A stretch of DNA of 64,000 nucleotides from Hyaloraphidium curvatum SAG 235-1 (GCA_025558095.1 JAIVFI010000035.1:1-64000), one strand, 5' to 3'; counted from the first letter of the stretch, positions 46,163-58,100 are shown. Made by a program: numbers and translations. The notes: generated by a model from the letters alone, not told the origin.

Positions 46163-47850
46163 TCATCCCCTCCCCTCGACCTCGACCGCCGAGTCCGACA
46201 ACAGCAAGTAGCTCGCCCCGAGCTCCCCGATCTCCCTCCTCCGCAGCGAACGATCTGCGTGCGGACCGACCGCGATCAGCACCGACCCCGCGACACAAAG
46301 AGGCGATCGTACCGTCGATGGCGGCAACGAATGTGCCCGCGACGGCCGCGAGCCCCACGGTGGCCCAGAAGGTAATGGTGTAGCTGCCCGTCTGCCTCAT
46401 GGACCGATCAGCGGCGCCTCTACCTTCCCTTCCCCGGAAAACCAACCGCATCATACTCCACCGCCCCCAAATACGTCCCCAGGAACGTCCCCACCTGGTG
46501 CGCCCCGAATTCGGCCCCCGCCAGCGTCGCGAGCCACCTCGTCCCCGCCACCGAGGCTGTGATGGCGGTCGTCGCCGGCACGGTGGAGAGCCACGCGAGG
46601 CCGAGGAGGGCGCAGGTGGCGAGGAGCGAGGAGTCGCTGGGGGGAAGGAGGATGAGGAGGGCGACGAGGACGGCGCGGGAGTACTGCGGAGGAAGGGTCA
46701 GCAAGCGGGACGGGTGGAAGAGGTTCGGACCGACGTAGATTCCGCAGAGGAGCCACTTGGGCCTGATTCCCGTGACGCCGGGCAGGAATCCAGACAGGAA
46801 TGTGCCGACCGTCGAAAAGATCCCGACGATCGAGAAGCACCAAGCCGCGAGGCTCGGGCTGACGCCTTGATCGGTGAGGTCCGCCACCAGGTTGGAGGTG
46901 AGGAACCCGATGTGCCAGCCGCACGTGAAGTACGCCAAGGTCAGTAGGAGTATCGCAGAGTGCGAGAAGGCTTCCTCCAGGGCGAGCAGCGCCGTCGGCG
47001 GTTCCGGCACGACGGCGAACTGCGGCTGCCCCACCGCGGCGGGCGGCTCAATCGTGACCCTCGGTCTGCCTGCTGGGTTCGGCGTGCCGGGCGCCAGGGT
47101 ATCCGCCTTGAGCGGATCGGCATGCGGGTCGTCCGTGGGCACGGCGTCGAAGCCCGAGCTGGCAGGCAGGTGCGCCGGCTCTTCCTCGGGGTCCAGGGGC
47201 GCCTTCCGGCGCATGAAAAAGAAAAGCGGCACGACGGCGCACGAGATGCAAGCCAGGACGAAAGCAGAGTAGGCCCAGCCGTAGCTCAGGGTCAGGGCCT
47301 GAGCGATCGGGACTAGCACGAATTGGCCGGTCTGCCCGACGCTCGGCACGATGCCGAAGACCAGGTTCCGCCGCTTGATCGCGGCTGGATCGTGTGCCGG
47401 GAGAAATAGTCTGCCCAGCTCGCCCAGCAGCATGGCCGAGCCCACGCCCGCGGCCCCGATGCCGGCAAGCAGGCCGACCCCGACGATCCAGACGGCCTGC
47501 GGCACGCTCGCCGCGGCGGAGAAGAGGAAGTTGGCGGCGATCAGCAGCGCCATGGAGCAGAGCATCGTCAATGCCGGCCGCCGGTACGTTTCGATGAGGA
47601 ATCCCCAGATTGGCGCCGCGATGCCCTGCAGCACCGACGACACCGCCATCGCGAGAGACAGCGTCGCGCGGGGCCAGCCCATCGCGTCCGCCAGCGGCAC
47701 CGCGTAGACGCCGAAAACGAACCGGCCGCCGATGGTCTCGAAGCCTATCAGGCTGGCAGCCTGGATTCGGGCGGGGGACACCGCGTGAGCCAACCTCTCC
47801 GCCACCGCGTCCGCCGCAGGAACCCACAATCGTCGTGCCGACGGGGCCAT
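46163..47850 (-). CDS. Major facilitator superfamily transporter (OFA/MCT-like)
   Basis: About 12 hydrophobic segments, YFTCGWHIGF, LGLAWLSTVPAT, HQVGTFLG; three 3' introns. Confidence 0.85.
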
Positions 47851-48119
47851 CGATGACCTCTCTTAAGCGCGCCCACATGGTGCCGACAGGCATACGGCGC
47901 GGCCCGCGAGTTTGGGATCCTCAGCGCCGTAGGGACCTTTTGATCGAGGGATGCTCAAGAAGTCATCGCACTCTCACATCGGACGCCCTTTCGTAGCTGA
48001 TTGACTGCGTTATTGAAACAGCTATTCCAGCTGATCGACGACATGATTGACACAGCTATTCCCCAGCAACATACGTGGTCGACGCGACACAGATTACACT
48101 TTAACCAGGCGGTTCCCAA

Positions 48120-50313
48120 TCAGCCGCTCGCGAACGCGGCCATAGCGGAGACCAGCTCCCCATCCTCCGTGTCCCCATCCAGCGACCCTGGAAGCCGATC
48201 GTGAGCACAATTTATTCGCAATGCAGGCAGCAGCCCGTGGAACCCACATGCAAACACCCCCTTGAGCTTCTTCTCTTTGGCGTATACGACCTTGGTCCCG
48301 ATCACGGCCGGCGTGTCGTACGACCAGAAGGTCCGCGCGCTCTCGTCGTAGACGAACGACTGCTTGGTGACGGGGTGCACGGATACGGGCGCCGTGAGCG
48401 CCTTGAGCACCTTGTAGTCCTCGATCCCGGCCTCGATCTTGCCCGGCGCGGGGCCAGTCGCGGCCTGGTAGAGGCCGGGGTAGGTGCCGGTACCCTTGGC
48501 GACGCCGGTCCCTGCGAGAGAGGTCGGTCAGCGCACTGCGCTGCGGAATCCGACAGTCAACCCACAGCCGCGTCCGTAGAAAGGCAACCCCATCACGATC
48601 TTGGAAGGTGGCGCGCCGGCGGCCATGATGTTGCGCAGGGCCGAATCGGTGTTGTACTGCGCGAACTTGGAAGGCAGTCCGGTGCTGGTGTTGGTCACGT
48701 GGGGCGAGGCGGGGTCGGAGAAGAGGATTGAGTGGCAGTCGGTCGGGCCGCTGGCGTCCCCTGCAGAGGTAATGATGTCAGGCAACGAAGCCATAATGCA
48801 GCGTTCGGACTCTTCTCACATCCGCCAAAGTAATCGTAGCTCATTAGCAGAAGCCAATCCAATTGCTTCGTGTACTTGCTCGGGTCCGTCCCTTTTATCT
48901 TGTCGTCGCCCGCCCCCACGGCCGAGGTCAGGCCAAAGTACCGCCCGCCGAGCTCCGCGCCCGCGGCATCGAGCTGCGCGCGGAACTCCTGGAGGAGCAG
49001 CTCGAAGCGCGCGCCGTCCTCGGGGGAGACGGAGTTGTAGTCGAGGCCCAAAATGCCGGGGTATTCCTGCGGATCGCGGCATCAGGCTTGGAAGTATTCA
49101 ACCGCCAAAGCTGCTGCCGGCTCACCCAGTCGATGTCGATGCCGTCAAACACGCCAGCGCCGGTCCCCGGTCCTCCCCTGCCGTCGATCACGGGCAGGTT
49201 CCCGCGGATGTAGAGGTCGATGCACGACTTGACCAGGCGCTTGCGGAGGGCGTCGGTGGCGCCGGCGGCGGAAAAGTGCTTGCTCCAGGTCCCTGTTTCA
49301 ATCGAGCGTCAGCTGCCTCAATGGGTTGCTCCTCGACGACCCACATCCTCCGAGCGAAATGAGCACCTTGAGACCGGGGTGCATCATCTTCAGCCTGCGA
49401 AGCTGCCCGAACGACCCGGCCAGCGGGTCGTCCCATGTATCCGCAACGCCGTCGACGGATTCCGAGGTCGAGTAGCCTGCAAAAGCACGGGGGTTGGCGC
49501 AAACCGGGCAGAGCGTCGGCGAAACCAAACCTTTCCCGAAATCGGCCCACGCGTCGCCGCCGTCTCCCCTCCCGCTCTCCATCCTGTTTACGATCCCGCA
49601 CTCGTACGCACCGTCCTTCTCGTAGATGTTGCCGAAGGCGTAGTTGACGAAGGTCAGCTTGCCGGCGGAGCCCGAGGTTTCGATGTCCTTGACGCGGTAC
49701 TTGCGGGCGTACACGCCCCACTGCGCGAAATCTGGAGGCCGATCAGGTCGTGGGAATGATCTGGAGACACACAAGGCTCACATGCGCCGACTTGAGGGCC
49801 ATCCCAGGACGACTTGGGGACGGGCGGCGGGGTGGGCCGGGGCGATGAAGTGCCGGAAGGCAGGTTAACAGGCGCCGTGGTCAGGAGGCCCGCAGTGGAC
49901 CGGGTCGCCGACGATGGTCCTGGCTGAGTCTTGGTGGAGGCCCCCGGCGAGTTCGCGGGAGCCCCAGATCGGGTCGTCGCCGTGGTCGCCTTGCTCGTGG
50001 CGGTAACGCAGACGACGGCCAGTGGCTGCTCGGATACATGGCACTCGCCGTACCCAACCTGACACGTGTCGGTGCACCAGGCGTCCCCGGCCCCGCAGAA
50101 CCCCGTCCCCGAGCAGCAGAACCCGTCCCTGCAGCGCAGGCCAACTGCCGGCCCGCAGGATCCGTCCGTTGACACGGGGAGCTGCGGGCACGGCAGGGCG
50201 GTGAAGAGGGCCCGGCGGTCGACCGGCGAGGCGACCGCAGGTCCAATCGCTGCGAGGGCCGCGAAGGCGACCAGGAGCAACGCCATCGCGAGCTTTGGCC
50301 CTCGGATCTGCAT
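48120..50313 (-). CDS. Secreted GH18 chitinase with N-terminal CBM18 (hevein-like) domain
   Basis: Signal peptide; CGPAVGLRCRDGFCCSGTGFCG CBM18; Ser/Thr/Pro linker; KVLISLGGWTWS, FDGIDIDW/EYPG catalytic motif, LMSYDYFG, KIVMGLPFYGRG; at least 7 introns. Confidence 0.92.
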
Positions 50314-50784
50314 GGCCACGACGCTGCCTTGCCCTTCGCAGGAGATCAGGCTCGACCGAAGCGTGTGGGTCGCGGGAGACCCCTCAGCATTTGAGCTTGT
50401 CCGAGTGTTTACGTCGCCGCGCTGTGTCGTCCCAGCTGTGCCTCGGCAACTCCGCCACATTGACCATATCGGGTCCCCCGCAGGTGCCGTCCGCATTGCA
50501 TTGGGAATCGATGATGACCGTCCAGGCATACGATGCATGTTTCTCTGCCGCGATCGTTGGCGGGCAGGGTAGCATCCAGTCGCCAAGCTGGTCGCGCGAA
50601 GGGCTTGGACAGAGAACGAACAGACTCAAAATCCCCCCCGTTCCGCATCCCGGCAGAAAAGCATCCGGCGGCTCTGCAAACCTCCTGACTCTGGCATTCT
50701 GTGCTAGTGAGCTTGTTGCCGGCCGTTCTTTTCGTCAGGACGCTTCTTTGCCGGGGGTTCAACGATTCTCCACCCTCAACGACG

Positions 50785-51800
50785 ATGGCGCACCACACGG
50801 TCCTCTCCAACAGCTCGGCGTTTCCGCCGGACGGCGACGACGGCGAAACATGCTCGTGCTGCGGGAATACTCTCATTTACCGGCCGTGCCCTGCGGCTTC
50901 GGGCGGCGTGTGTGACTGCAAGCTCCTGTCCGCTGCCGCGACCGAAGCCGAGCTTGGCGTGGCCATCCCCGACCTCGCGACGGCCGTTGCTATGGCTCGA
51001 AAAGCTTTCCAAGCGTACTACCTTGCCAACGAGAAGGACGATGCTGAGATGAAGGAAAGCCGGGGTCGATTGGATGCCGCCGTCGACAAGGTTCGCCAGA
51101 GGTTCAACCGCGCGGACAAGGCATGCCTAGGTCTTGCGCGACTCGCGGCCGCGTATGAAGATGTTACGGGCGGTGTAGATCCGGGGCGCGATGCTCCGGC
51201 TTTGCTGGCCACCTTGGAGCGATCTTGGAGGCTGCACGAGGAAAACCTGAAGCAAATCTTTATGATGGCCCTCGACCCGGTTGTGCAGATTTGCGTTGGA
51301 ATCCGATTGCCCATGACCATGAACGGGATGCCTCTGATCATGTCTGCGCCCGTGACTTTCGTTGAAGGGGGCCAGGACTCGGAGAAAGTGCGACGCCTTT
51401 TGGATGATGGACCCGCACTTGTTTCATTCCGTCTGCCGATTCGGTTCATACAACTTTTCTGCTCCTCCCGCGGCGTCCGTCGCAGCGTGGCCAAAGATCT
51501 CGATTTCCTGGACACAGTTGTGCTAGCAGCTCGTGACCTCGCCTTTTGTGTGGCTCACTACAGTCTGGACCGAGACACTACTACTTTCAAGCAAACCGTC
51601 GACGTTATGCACTCCATGTTCGATTTCGTCGCAGCCGCAGCTTGCATGAATCCCCATCGATGGGCAGCGCACGCCGTTAAAGGGTCGAATTGGGACGATG
51701 GCCTCCTTGGCTTGGAAGAACCACAAGATCGAGTGCGTTTCTGTAACAGAATCTGTGTAAAGGGGAAGAAGGTGGGACAATGTTTCACAAATGCTCGTTG
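50785..51800 (+). CDS. Hypothetical protein (helical, N-terminal Cys cluster); 3' end uncertain
   Basis: Long ORF with ordinary globular composition from MAHHTV to about RFCNRICVKGKK; possible GTGGG donor at about 51772. Confidence 0.4.
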
Positions 51801-51910
51801 CGACACGTCTCCTCACCTCTTCCCGAGCGTCGTGCTTAGCTTGCCGCCCATTGGCCTCCCCGCGGTTTGCTGCCTATCGCCGTACCTCCTGTCTTCCTTT
51901 TCGGGCGCGA

Positions 51911-53416
51911 ATGCCCGGCGACGCGGGAAACATCGGGACCGCGGGCCCCCGGAACGCGTCGGAGCCCCCGGAGGGCTTGATCGAGTTCGTCACGGACGTC
52001 GAGGGCAACGCGCTGTTCTGGCAGTCTTTTCTCGACGCGTCGAGGGTGGTCGTGCGCGACGAGCAGGGGCTGCGCGTTCGTCCCGGCTGCCAGCTGGTCT
52101 TTGGCGGCGACACGATCGACCGCGGGGTTCTCGAGGATGCGGGCGGCGCTGGGGACTTACGTGTGCTGGAGGACCTCGTTGGCCTCAAGAAGCGATGCCC
52201 CGAGAGCGTTGAGCTCATTTTCGGGAACCGCGATGCCAACAAGATGCGGCTCCTCGTGGAGCTCGACGAATCCGTACTGCGTGAACGCCGAAGCGCATTC
52301 TGGGCTCCAAGGAAGGAGGATGCGCCGGACATCGAGTCGCGTGCGGCCAGGCTCAAGGACTACATCTTTCCGTCGACAATGGGCGCGCCGCTTGCGTTTG
52401 AGGCCCGTCGTGCCGAGCTTCGAGCCCGAAACTTGCCCCATGGGAACGAGGACGTGGCAGAATCGTATTTGCAGACCATCCGGCCGGGCGGTGTACTTGC
52501 CGAATACCTTTCCATGGCCAAGCTCATCGTGGTTCGAGGCGACGTGGCCTTCGTTCATGGAGCGTTCACAGACTCCAACCTTGGGTTCGTTCCTCCTGCT
52601 CCGGGAGCGCCTGCAACAGATTCAGGGTCCACCGTGGGCGATTTTCGCAGATGGATCGACCAGCTGAACGCTTTTGCCGCCTCGGAAGTCGCGGCGTTCC
52701 TGACCCAAACTCAGGACTACCTTTCGGGCGCTGAACCTCTGGCTTGGTCTTCTACCGGCGGATACCACCACCCGCAACCGGGCTCCCGCCTGGCTCAGTA
52801 CTGCAACGGAAAGCTCCCGACCGAAGCGGACGCGCGGAGCGTCATCTATTCCTCCTTCGCGTCCCGCGGGAGCCCTCGGCCCATCGATTCCGGACCGCAG
52901 CGGGCGCTGTCCGCCGCCGGCATACGCTTCGTGTTGTCCGGGCACCAGCCGTACGCGGACGCTCCCTGCTTTTCGCTCGGGGAGGGGATGATAGCCTGCT
53001 CGCTGGACACGTCGTACGCCGCGAATGTGGTCCGACCCGATCCGGCTTCCAAGGAGGGTTTCGATGGGATCGATGCAGAGTTGCTTCCCTTGGATGCCGA
53101 GCGCCGGCCGGCAAAGAACAACACCCGCGGTGCGGCGCTGGCGATCGGAAGCGTCGTCCCGGGGAAGGAAGGCGAACCGAGCCGGCTGTTTGTCCGCGGG
53201 AGCCTTGCGGATTGCTCAACTTACGATTGCGAGGTCGTACCCGACGGACTGCTGGGCAAAAAGACGGAGGACGGCTGGCTGGTGACCTTGATGGACGTGA
53301 CGGATCCTGCCGGGAAGCAGCACGACTTCTATCTCACCAAAGGCGAGGGCTACACCTTCAAAGGCCGCTTTGCCAGTCGCAGCGAGGTGATGGGCTCCAT
53401 GAGCTCTTCTCTGTAA
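51911..53416 (+). CDS. Calcineurin-like metallophosphoesterase (PPP-like, intronless)
   Basis: FVTDVEGN, FGGDTIDRG, IFGNRDANKMRL, FVHGA, SGHQP, LDTSY. Confidence 0.8.
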   Translation: MPGDAGNIGTAGPRNASEPPEGLIEFVTDVEGNALFWQSFLDASRVVVRDEQGLRVRPGCQLVFGGDTIDRGVLEDAGGAGDLRVLEDLVGLKKRCPESVELIFGNRDANKMRLLVELDESVLRERRSAFWAPRKEDAPDIESRAARLKDYIFPSTMGAPLAFEARRAELRARNLPHGNEDVAESYLQTIRPGGVLAEYLSMAKLIVVRGDVAFVHGAFTDSNLGFVPPAPGAPATDSGSTVGDFRRWIDQLNAFAASEVAAFLTQTQDYLSGAEPLAWSSTGGYHHPQPGSRLAQYCNGKLPTEADARSVIYSSFASRGSPRPIDSGPQRALSAAGIRFVLSGHQPYADAPCFSLGEGMIACSLDTSYAANVVRPDPASKEGFDGIDAELLPLDAERRPAKNNTRGAALAIGSVVPGKEGEPSRLFVRGSLADCSTYDCEVVPDGLLGKKTEDGWLVTLMDVTDPAGKQHDFYLTKGEGYTFKGRFASRSEVMGSMSSSL

Positions 53417-53526
53417 CGCCGGTACACAGAGCTGGTGCTGTTCAGCGAATACATCCAAGCTCTGCGAGCGTCCTGTCATCAGTGTCCCGTCGAATCCCTC
53501 CTCAGTCCCTCCGCAGTTCAGTCCCA

Positions 53527-54087
53527 TCAAGTGAACCAGAATGCGATGAGCAGGTGCGGAACGAGTCCCAGACCTTCCCATCCAGTGAGGTGCAGTAACC
53601 AGTTGTCGGCGATGACCATGAGAAGCATGAAGAAAGTAAAGAGGGAGATGAAGGTGAAGAATCGCTTGATGCGAAGGATGCCTTTCGTCGTGATGCCCCC
53701 GCTCCTCGAGTAAGCATCGCAGGTCTCCCTGTGGCCGCGAGAGTGGGCTGTCTGGCACTCCGCGGAGCAGTAGACCGCCACCTTGCACCTGCCGCAGCGC
53801 ATCAGCTCCGACCTGTCCATGAGCATGTGGCACCAGCTGCAAGACAGCTTCAGGTCGTCCGCTCCGATCTCCAGGCCATGCGCGGCGTAGAGAGCCCGCA
53901 GGAGCAGCGTGTGGGCGCGGAGACGGCAGCCACCGAAGTTGCACACGTACGCTCCGGCGGCGCCGATGCCCCAGGTATGTGCAGCGTCCTCGCCACATTC
54001 AACCGAATGCCACGGACTCTCGGCAAGAAGGCCGACGTGCTGTATCATAGCCTTGTGGACCTGCTGGCAAAAGCACAACTTCCACAT
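53527..54087 (-). CDS. MYND zinc finger protein or fragment
   Basis: [41 protein letters not shown]; start and end poorly defined. Confidence 0.5.
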   Translation of the reverse strand: MWKLCFCQQVHKAMIQHVGLLAESPWHSVECGEDAAHTWGIGAAGAYVCNFGGCRLRAHTLLLRALYAAHGLEIGADDLKLSCSWCHMLMDRSELMRCGRCKVAVYCSAECQTAHSRGHRETCDAYSRSGGITTKGILRIKRFFTFISLFTFFMLLMVIADNWLLHLTGWEGLGLVPHLLIAFWFT

Positions 54088-54171
54088 GACGTACGGCGAG
54101 GGCTAGTTCCAAGGGCCAGGCTACAGTCGGGAGCTCTCCTTCTGACTCTATTATGATGCTGCAAACGCTCC

Positions 54172-55289
54172 CTACATCCTTGCCCTCAAATCCCCGACCA
54201 TGCCGTACAGCTTCATCCTCGACTCGATGGGAGGCTGCGGGACCCGGTCGATCATCACCGAAGCGCCCGAGCACACCACCTTCCCGCCCAGCGCGATCTT
54301 TCCCTCCGTGATGCCCCTCCGACCCGTGCGGGAGACCGCCTTTGCCACCCCGTAGCACGTCGCCGGCGCCTCGGTCGATTCCGTGACGTGGAACGACATG
54401 GTCTGAGAAGCAGTGACAGCCGACGAGGCGTGCGATTCCGTGTGCGCATGAGCAAGCAAATGATCCACGTAGCAAAACAGCGCGGCCGGGTGGATGGCCG
54501 TCGATCCCGGGATCCGGCATGAGGGCCCGAATCCGACGGAGGAGACGACAGTGTCGGGCCAGCGAGTCACCACGGCGTCGGGCTCGGCAGTTCCGCGGAG
54601 TCCGACGTGCAGCTCCTCCAGGAACTCGAGCTGGTTGGCGCCGAAGAAGGTGCGGTACATCCAAGAGTGCCGTTGGGGCTCGTCGGGGTAGAGCAGGCCC
54701 TGAGATTCGGGGCTGTTGGCCATCGACACAGAAACCTTTTGGGCCACGTGCGGCGAGCGAGGCTTCGAGGGCTCAAGCAGGTCCAGCGCCGCAACATCTT
54801 CTTTCGGAAACTCGACGGCGGCCTCGGAAGATAGGCCAAAAGTCGCCGAGGCCACCGCGGAGGGCTTGTCAGGCTCGTAGAATAGTTGGACGTTGATCTT
54901 GGTGCGATCGACCAGCTCCGCTCGAGCTTTTGGATGCGAAGGCGACCTGACAATACTCTTGTACGAGACTTCGAAATGTCGTAGCAGAAACTCGGGTCTC
55001 TTGTCGGATGTGCGCTTGCCAATGAGCGCGAAGGCCCGACATGCGACTGCGACAGGGGAATATGGGCCTTGTTCGAAACTCAACGCAAAGAATTGATGTT
55101 ACCTTCGATCAGAACGGCTCCGATGACCCCTCCATGAACCAGTCCCGTGTGGGAGCAGATGAGGTCTCCGAAGTCGACCTCTGCTTCCACGGCGTCCGTG
55201 CCCGCCACGAGCGCATCGAACCGCTCGACGCGGCGGGGGCCGAGCAAGACCGTCTCAAAGAAGCCGGCAGCTGGCGCCGGATGCTGCAT
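54172..55289 (-). CDS. Acyl-CoA thioesterase-like double-hotdog protein, PTS1 (ARM)
   Basis: GLVHGGVIGAVL, FEVSYK, ALFCYVD, TASQTMSFH, GRRGITEGKI; one intron about 55047-55102; ends LRARM*. Confidence 0.7.
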
Positions 55290-55554
55290 TCTTCGAATTC
55301 GTGTTGACAGGTTCGCGCGGAGTTTCGAGACCCGGCGGATTTGTCGGGCCGCGCGGGGCCGTTCAAGTGCTGCCGCCTGCACATCCTCCGGCCCGAGCGG
55401 CCGCGTCCTCCCGAACGTGCACGCGTTCCTACCTCTTTTTCTCGCGTTGAACGCGCCTCGCTGCACGACAGCCCTCGATCCCTGCGACTGCGCGTCGAAA
55501 CGCGTCCGAATCTCCCTTCCAACTCTGCACCTCAATTGCTTCCTGTCACGCACT
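55290..55554. promoter_or_regulatory. Probable bidirectional promoter (thioesterase / enoyl-CoA hydratase)
   Basis: Only about 265 bp separate the two divergent ATGs. Confidence 0.45.
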
Positions 55555-56525
55555 ATGGACCTCAAATCCGTCTCCTACTCGGTCTCTGGACGCGTTGCGA
55601 CCATCACGCTCAATCGCCCCGAGCGCATGAACGCGATTGACGGCCGAATGCCGGGCGAAATCCGCCGCTGCGTCGAGGCGGCCGATTCTGACCCGAACGT
55701 TCACGTCGTCGTGCTTCAGGGGGCTGGAAGCTCCTTCTGCGCCGGATACGATCTTAAACAGGCCGCGGAGGGTTCCGGGCAGGGTTCGGGCACTCAGGAG
55801 ATGCCGTGGGATCCCGTAGTCGACTACAAGTGAGAAGGGAGGGAAGTCTCGCCGCGTCAAAAGCGACTGAAGCGCGCCGTTCCGCCAACAGGATGATGGG
55901 TCGCAACACTGCCGACTTCATGACCCTGTTCCGGTGCAGCAAACCGACCATCGCAAAGGTACAGGGTTACTGCGTTGCTGGAGGCTCGGACATTGCGCTG
56001 TGCTGCGATATTGTGATCATGGGCGAGTCTGCTCGGATAGGATGTAGGTTGTCCTCCCGCTCTCCTTCTCCATCGAGATCTCGAACATCGGATGCTGCAG
56101 ACCCACCGGCACGCGTCTGGGGAGTACCCTCGACAGGGATGTGGGTGTTCCGGATCGGTGCCCAGGCCGCGAAGCGGATGCTCTTCACGGGGGACCTCGT
56201 GGACGGCAAGGAGGCCAAAGAACTTGGCATCTGCCTCAAGTGCGTGCCGGATTCGGAACTGGACGAAACCGTGGACGCGCTGGCCAAGCGCATCGAAGGC
56301 GTTCCGCGCAACCAGCTGGCCATGGTGAAGATGATGGTCAACTCTGCTTTGGACAACCAGGGGCTCGCGACGACGCAGCAGATGGCGGTCCTCTTCGACG
56401 GGATCGCGAGGCACACCCCGGAGGGCGTTTACTTCAAGAAGAAGGCGGAGCAGGAAGGATTTCACGCGGCCGTCAGGGAGCGGGATTCGGGGAGCTGGAT
56501 CGCGAAGGGCGTGTCCAAGCTCTGA
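55555..56525 (+). CDS. Enoyl-CoA hydratase/crotonase family, PTS1 (SKL)
   Basis: VATITLNRPERMNAI, FCAGYDL, KPTIAKVQGYCVAGGSDIALCCD, KRMLFTGD; two introns; ends GVSKL*. Confidence 0.92.
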
Positions 56526-56718
56526 CAACTTCAGGTTCAACGCCTTGGGGTTTGGCCGAAATCGGATGAGACATGCATAGCCTAGTAGCATTGTTTCTGT
56601 GTTAGCCATGGCAAGATTTACATCTAGCTGGTGGAACAGAGCAGCATTGGTGCTCGGCCTTGGGGGCCGGAGGAGGTGGAGAGATTTGTCAGCATCCGCA
56701 AACTCTCCGGCCCATAAA

Positions 56719-58066
56719 ATGTCGGCCAGCTCGGCCGCCCGCCGTGTTCATCTCACGGCGACCAAATGGTCGCTGTTGAACATCGAAGGACGCGTCCCCC
56801 GGCCGCAAATCCTCCTTCCGACCCCTGCATCGCCCAGCGTCGCGCGCTGTTTCGCGAGCCGCAAGATGCCGATTACCCTGAACCGGGCCTCCAAGGCCGT
56901 CGTTACCAAGCCCATCTCGCAGCGGATAGAATGGCTCTTTGATGTGGCTGCCGTCAGCTCGGCCGAGTACTGCAGCCCCGCGTCCTACGTGAGCCGGAAG
57001 AGGTACCGCTCCAAATACCCCACGGAGATCCTCGCGCTCAAGTGCATGGACGGGCGGATCAACCTCGCCGTGGCGACCAACACGCCGCCGGGCATCTTCC
57101 AGCCGTTCCGGAACCTCGGCGGGCGGTTCCACCTCGGCTGGCCCCATCTCGGGGAGACCATCGTCGAGGCCGTCGACCGGGTCGTCTCGGACGGCCGCCG
57201 CGTGATCATCATCGCCACGTACCATTTTTCGAAGGGGGACGTCCACCGGGGTTGCGCGGGGTTCAACTATGACACGGACGCCGCGCGGAGACACACCTTC
57301 GAGATCAAGTCGCAGATCGAAGAGGTCTTTGGCGGGACGGAGCACTCGACCGTCTATCCCCTCGTCTGCGGGTTCGAAACGGTGTGTAGTGTTCGTCCTG
57401 GCTGTTTGCAGCCGAAGCTGACTGCTGTCTAGGACGAGGACGCCCTGATCCTCCACGGCAGGGACGGCGACGTGCTCAACATGGCCGATCTCGACCCCAA
57501 CACGGACCGGGACACCCTGCGGGCGCGGCTGGCGACCCTCCTCCCCGACGCCCACAGGTCGATGATCGACGACCTCGTCCCCGTGCTGGCGGGCAACCTG
57601 GAGCACGTTGCCGAGATGCGGGCGAGGACGCGGACGCTGGACGTGGAGCACCGCGAGTGGGCGATCTGCATCGGGCGTGGCTTCGACTGGTGGGCTGTTC
57701 TTGGAGGGCATGTGCGAGCCTTGGTCTGATCATGGATTTCGTAGGCTCCACGCGCCAAACACGGCGCTAATCGTGGGCCCCTACTCCCCGGATCTCGACG
57801 AACCCATACGGAGGGCCGCCGGCATCATCAAGTCCAACATGGACGGCGGCCGCATCCCGTCGGACGGCTTCCTGCTGCTGGCCAGCTCGCCGTACGACGA
57901 GGTCGGCGTGGACAAGGCGCGGGCCGTGATCAAGTCGCGGTTCCTGCTGGACTTTGCCGCGGGCGTGATCCGCAGGAGCTTCCCGGAGCTGGCGGACAAG
58001 ATGCACGTGCGGACGTGCGTGATGAGCTGGGCGACGCGGTCTCTGGAGATCGAGCCGCATGAATGA
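56719..58066 (+). CDS. CsoSCA-like (carboxysome-type beta class) carbonic anhydrase with N-terminal extension
   Basis: KCMDGRIN and YHFSKGDVHRGCAGF zinc-ligand motifs, FRNLGGRF, GFET/DEDALILHG; introns 57382-57432 and 57690-57744. Confidence 0.8.
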
Positions 58067-58100
58067 TGTATATCCTGGTTCTATGTCTTTAATGTGAGTT

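Noticed and set aside
56719-58066. Carboxysome operon or bacterial contamination
   Set aside because: No Rubisco, CsoS2 or shell genes nearby; the gene has two spliceosomal introns and abuts RACK1.
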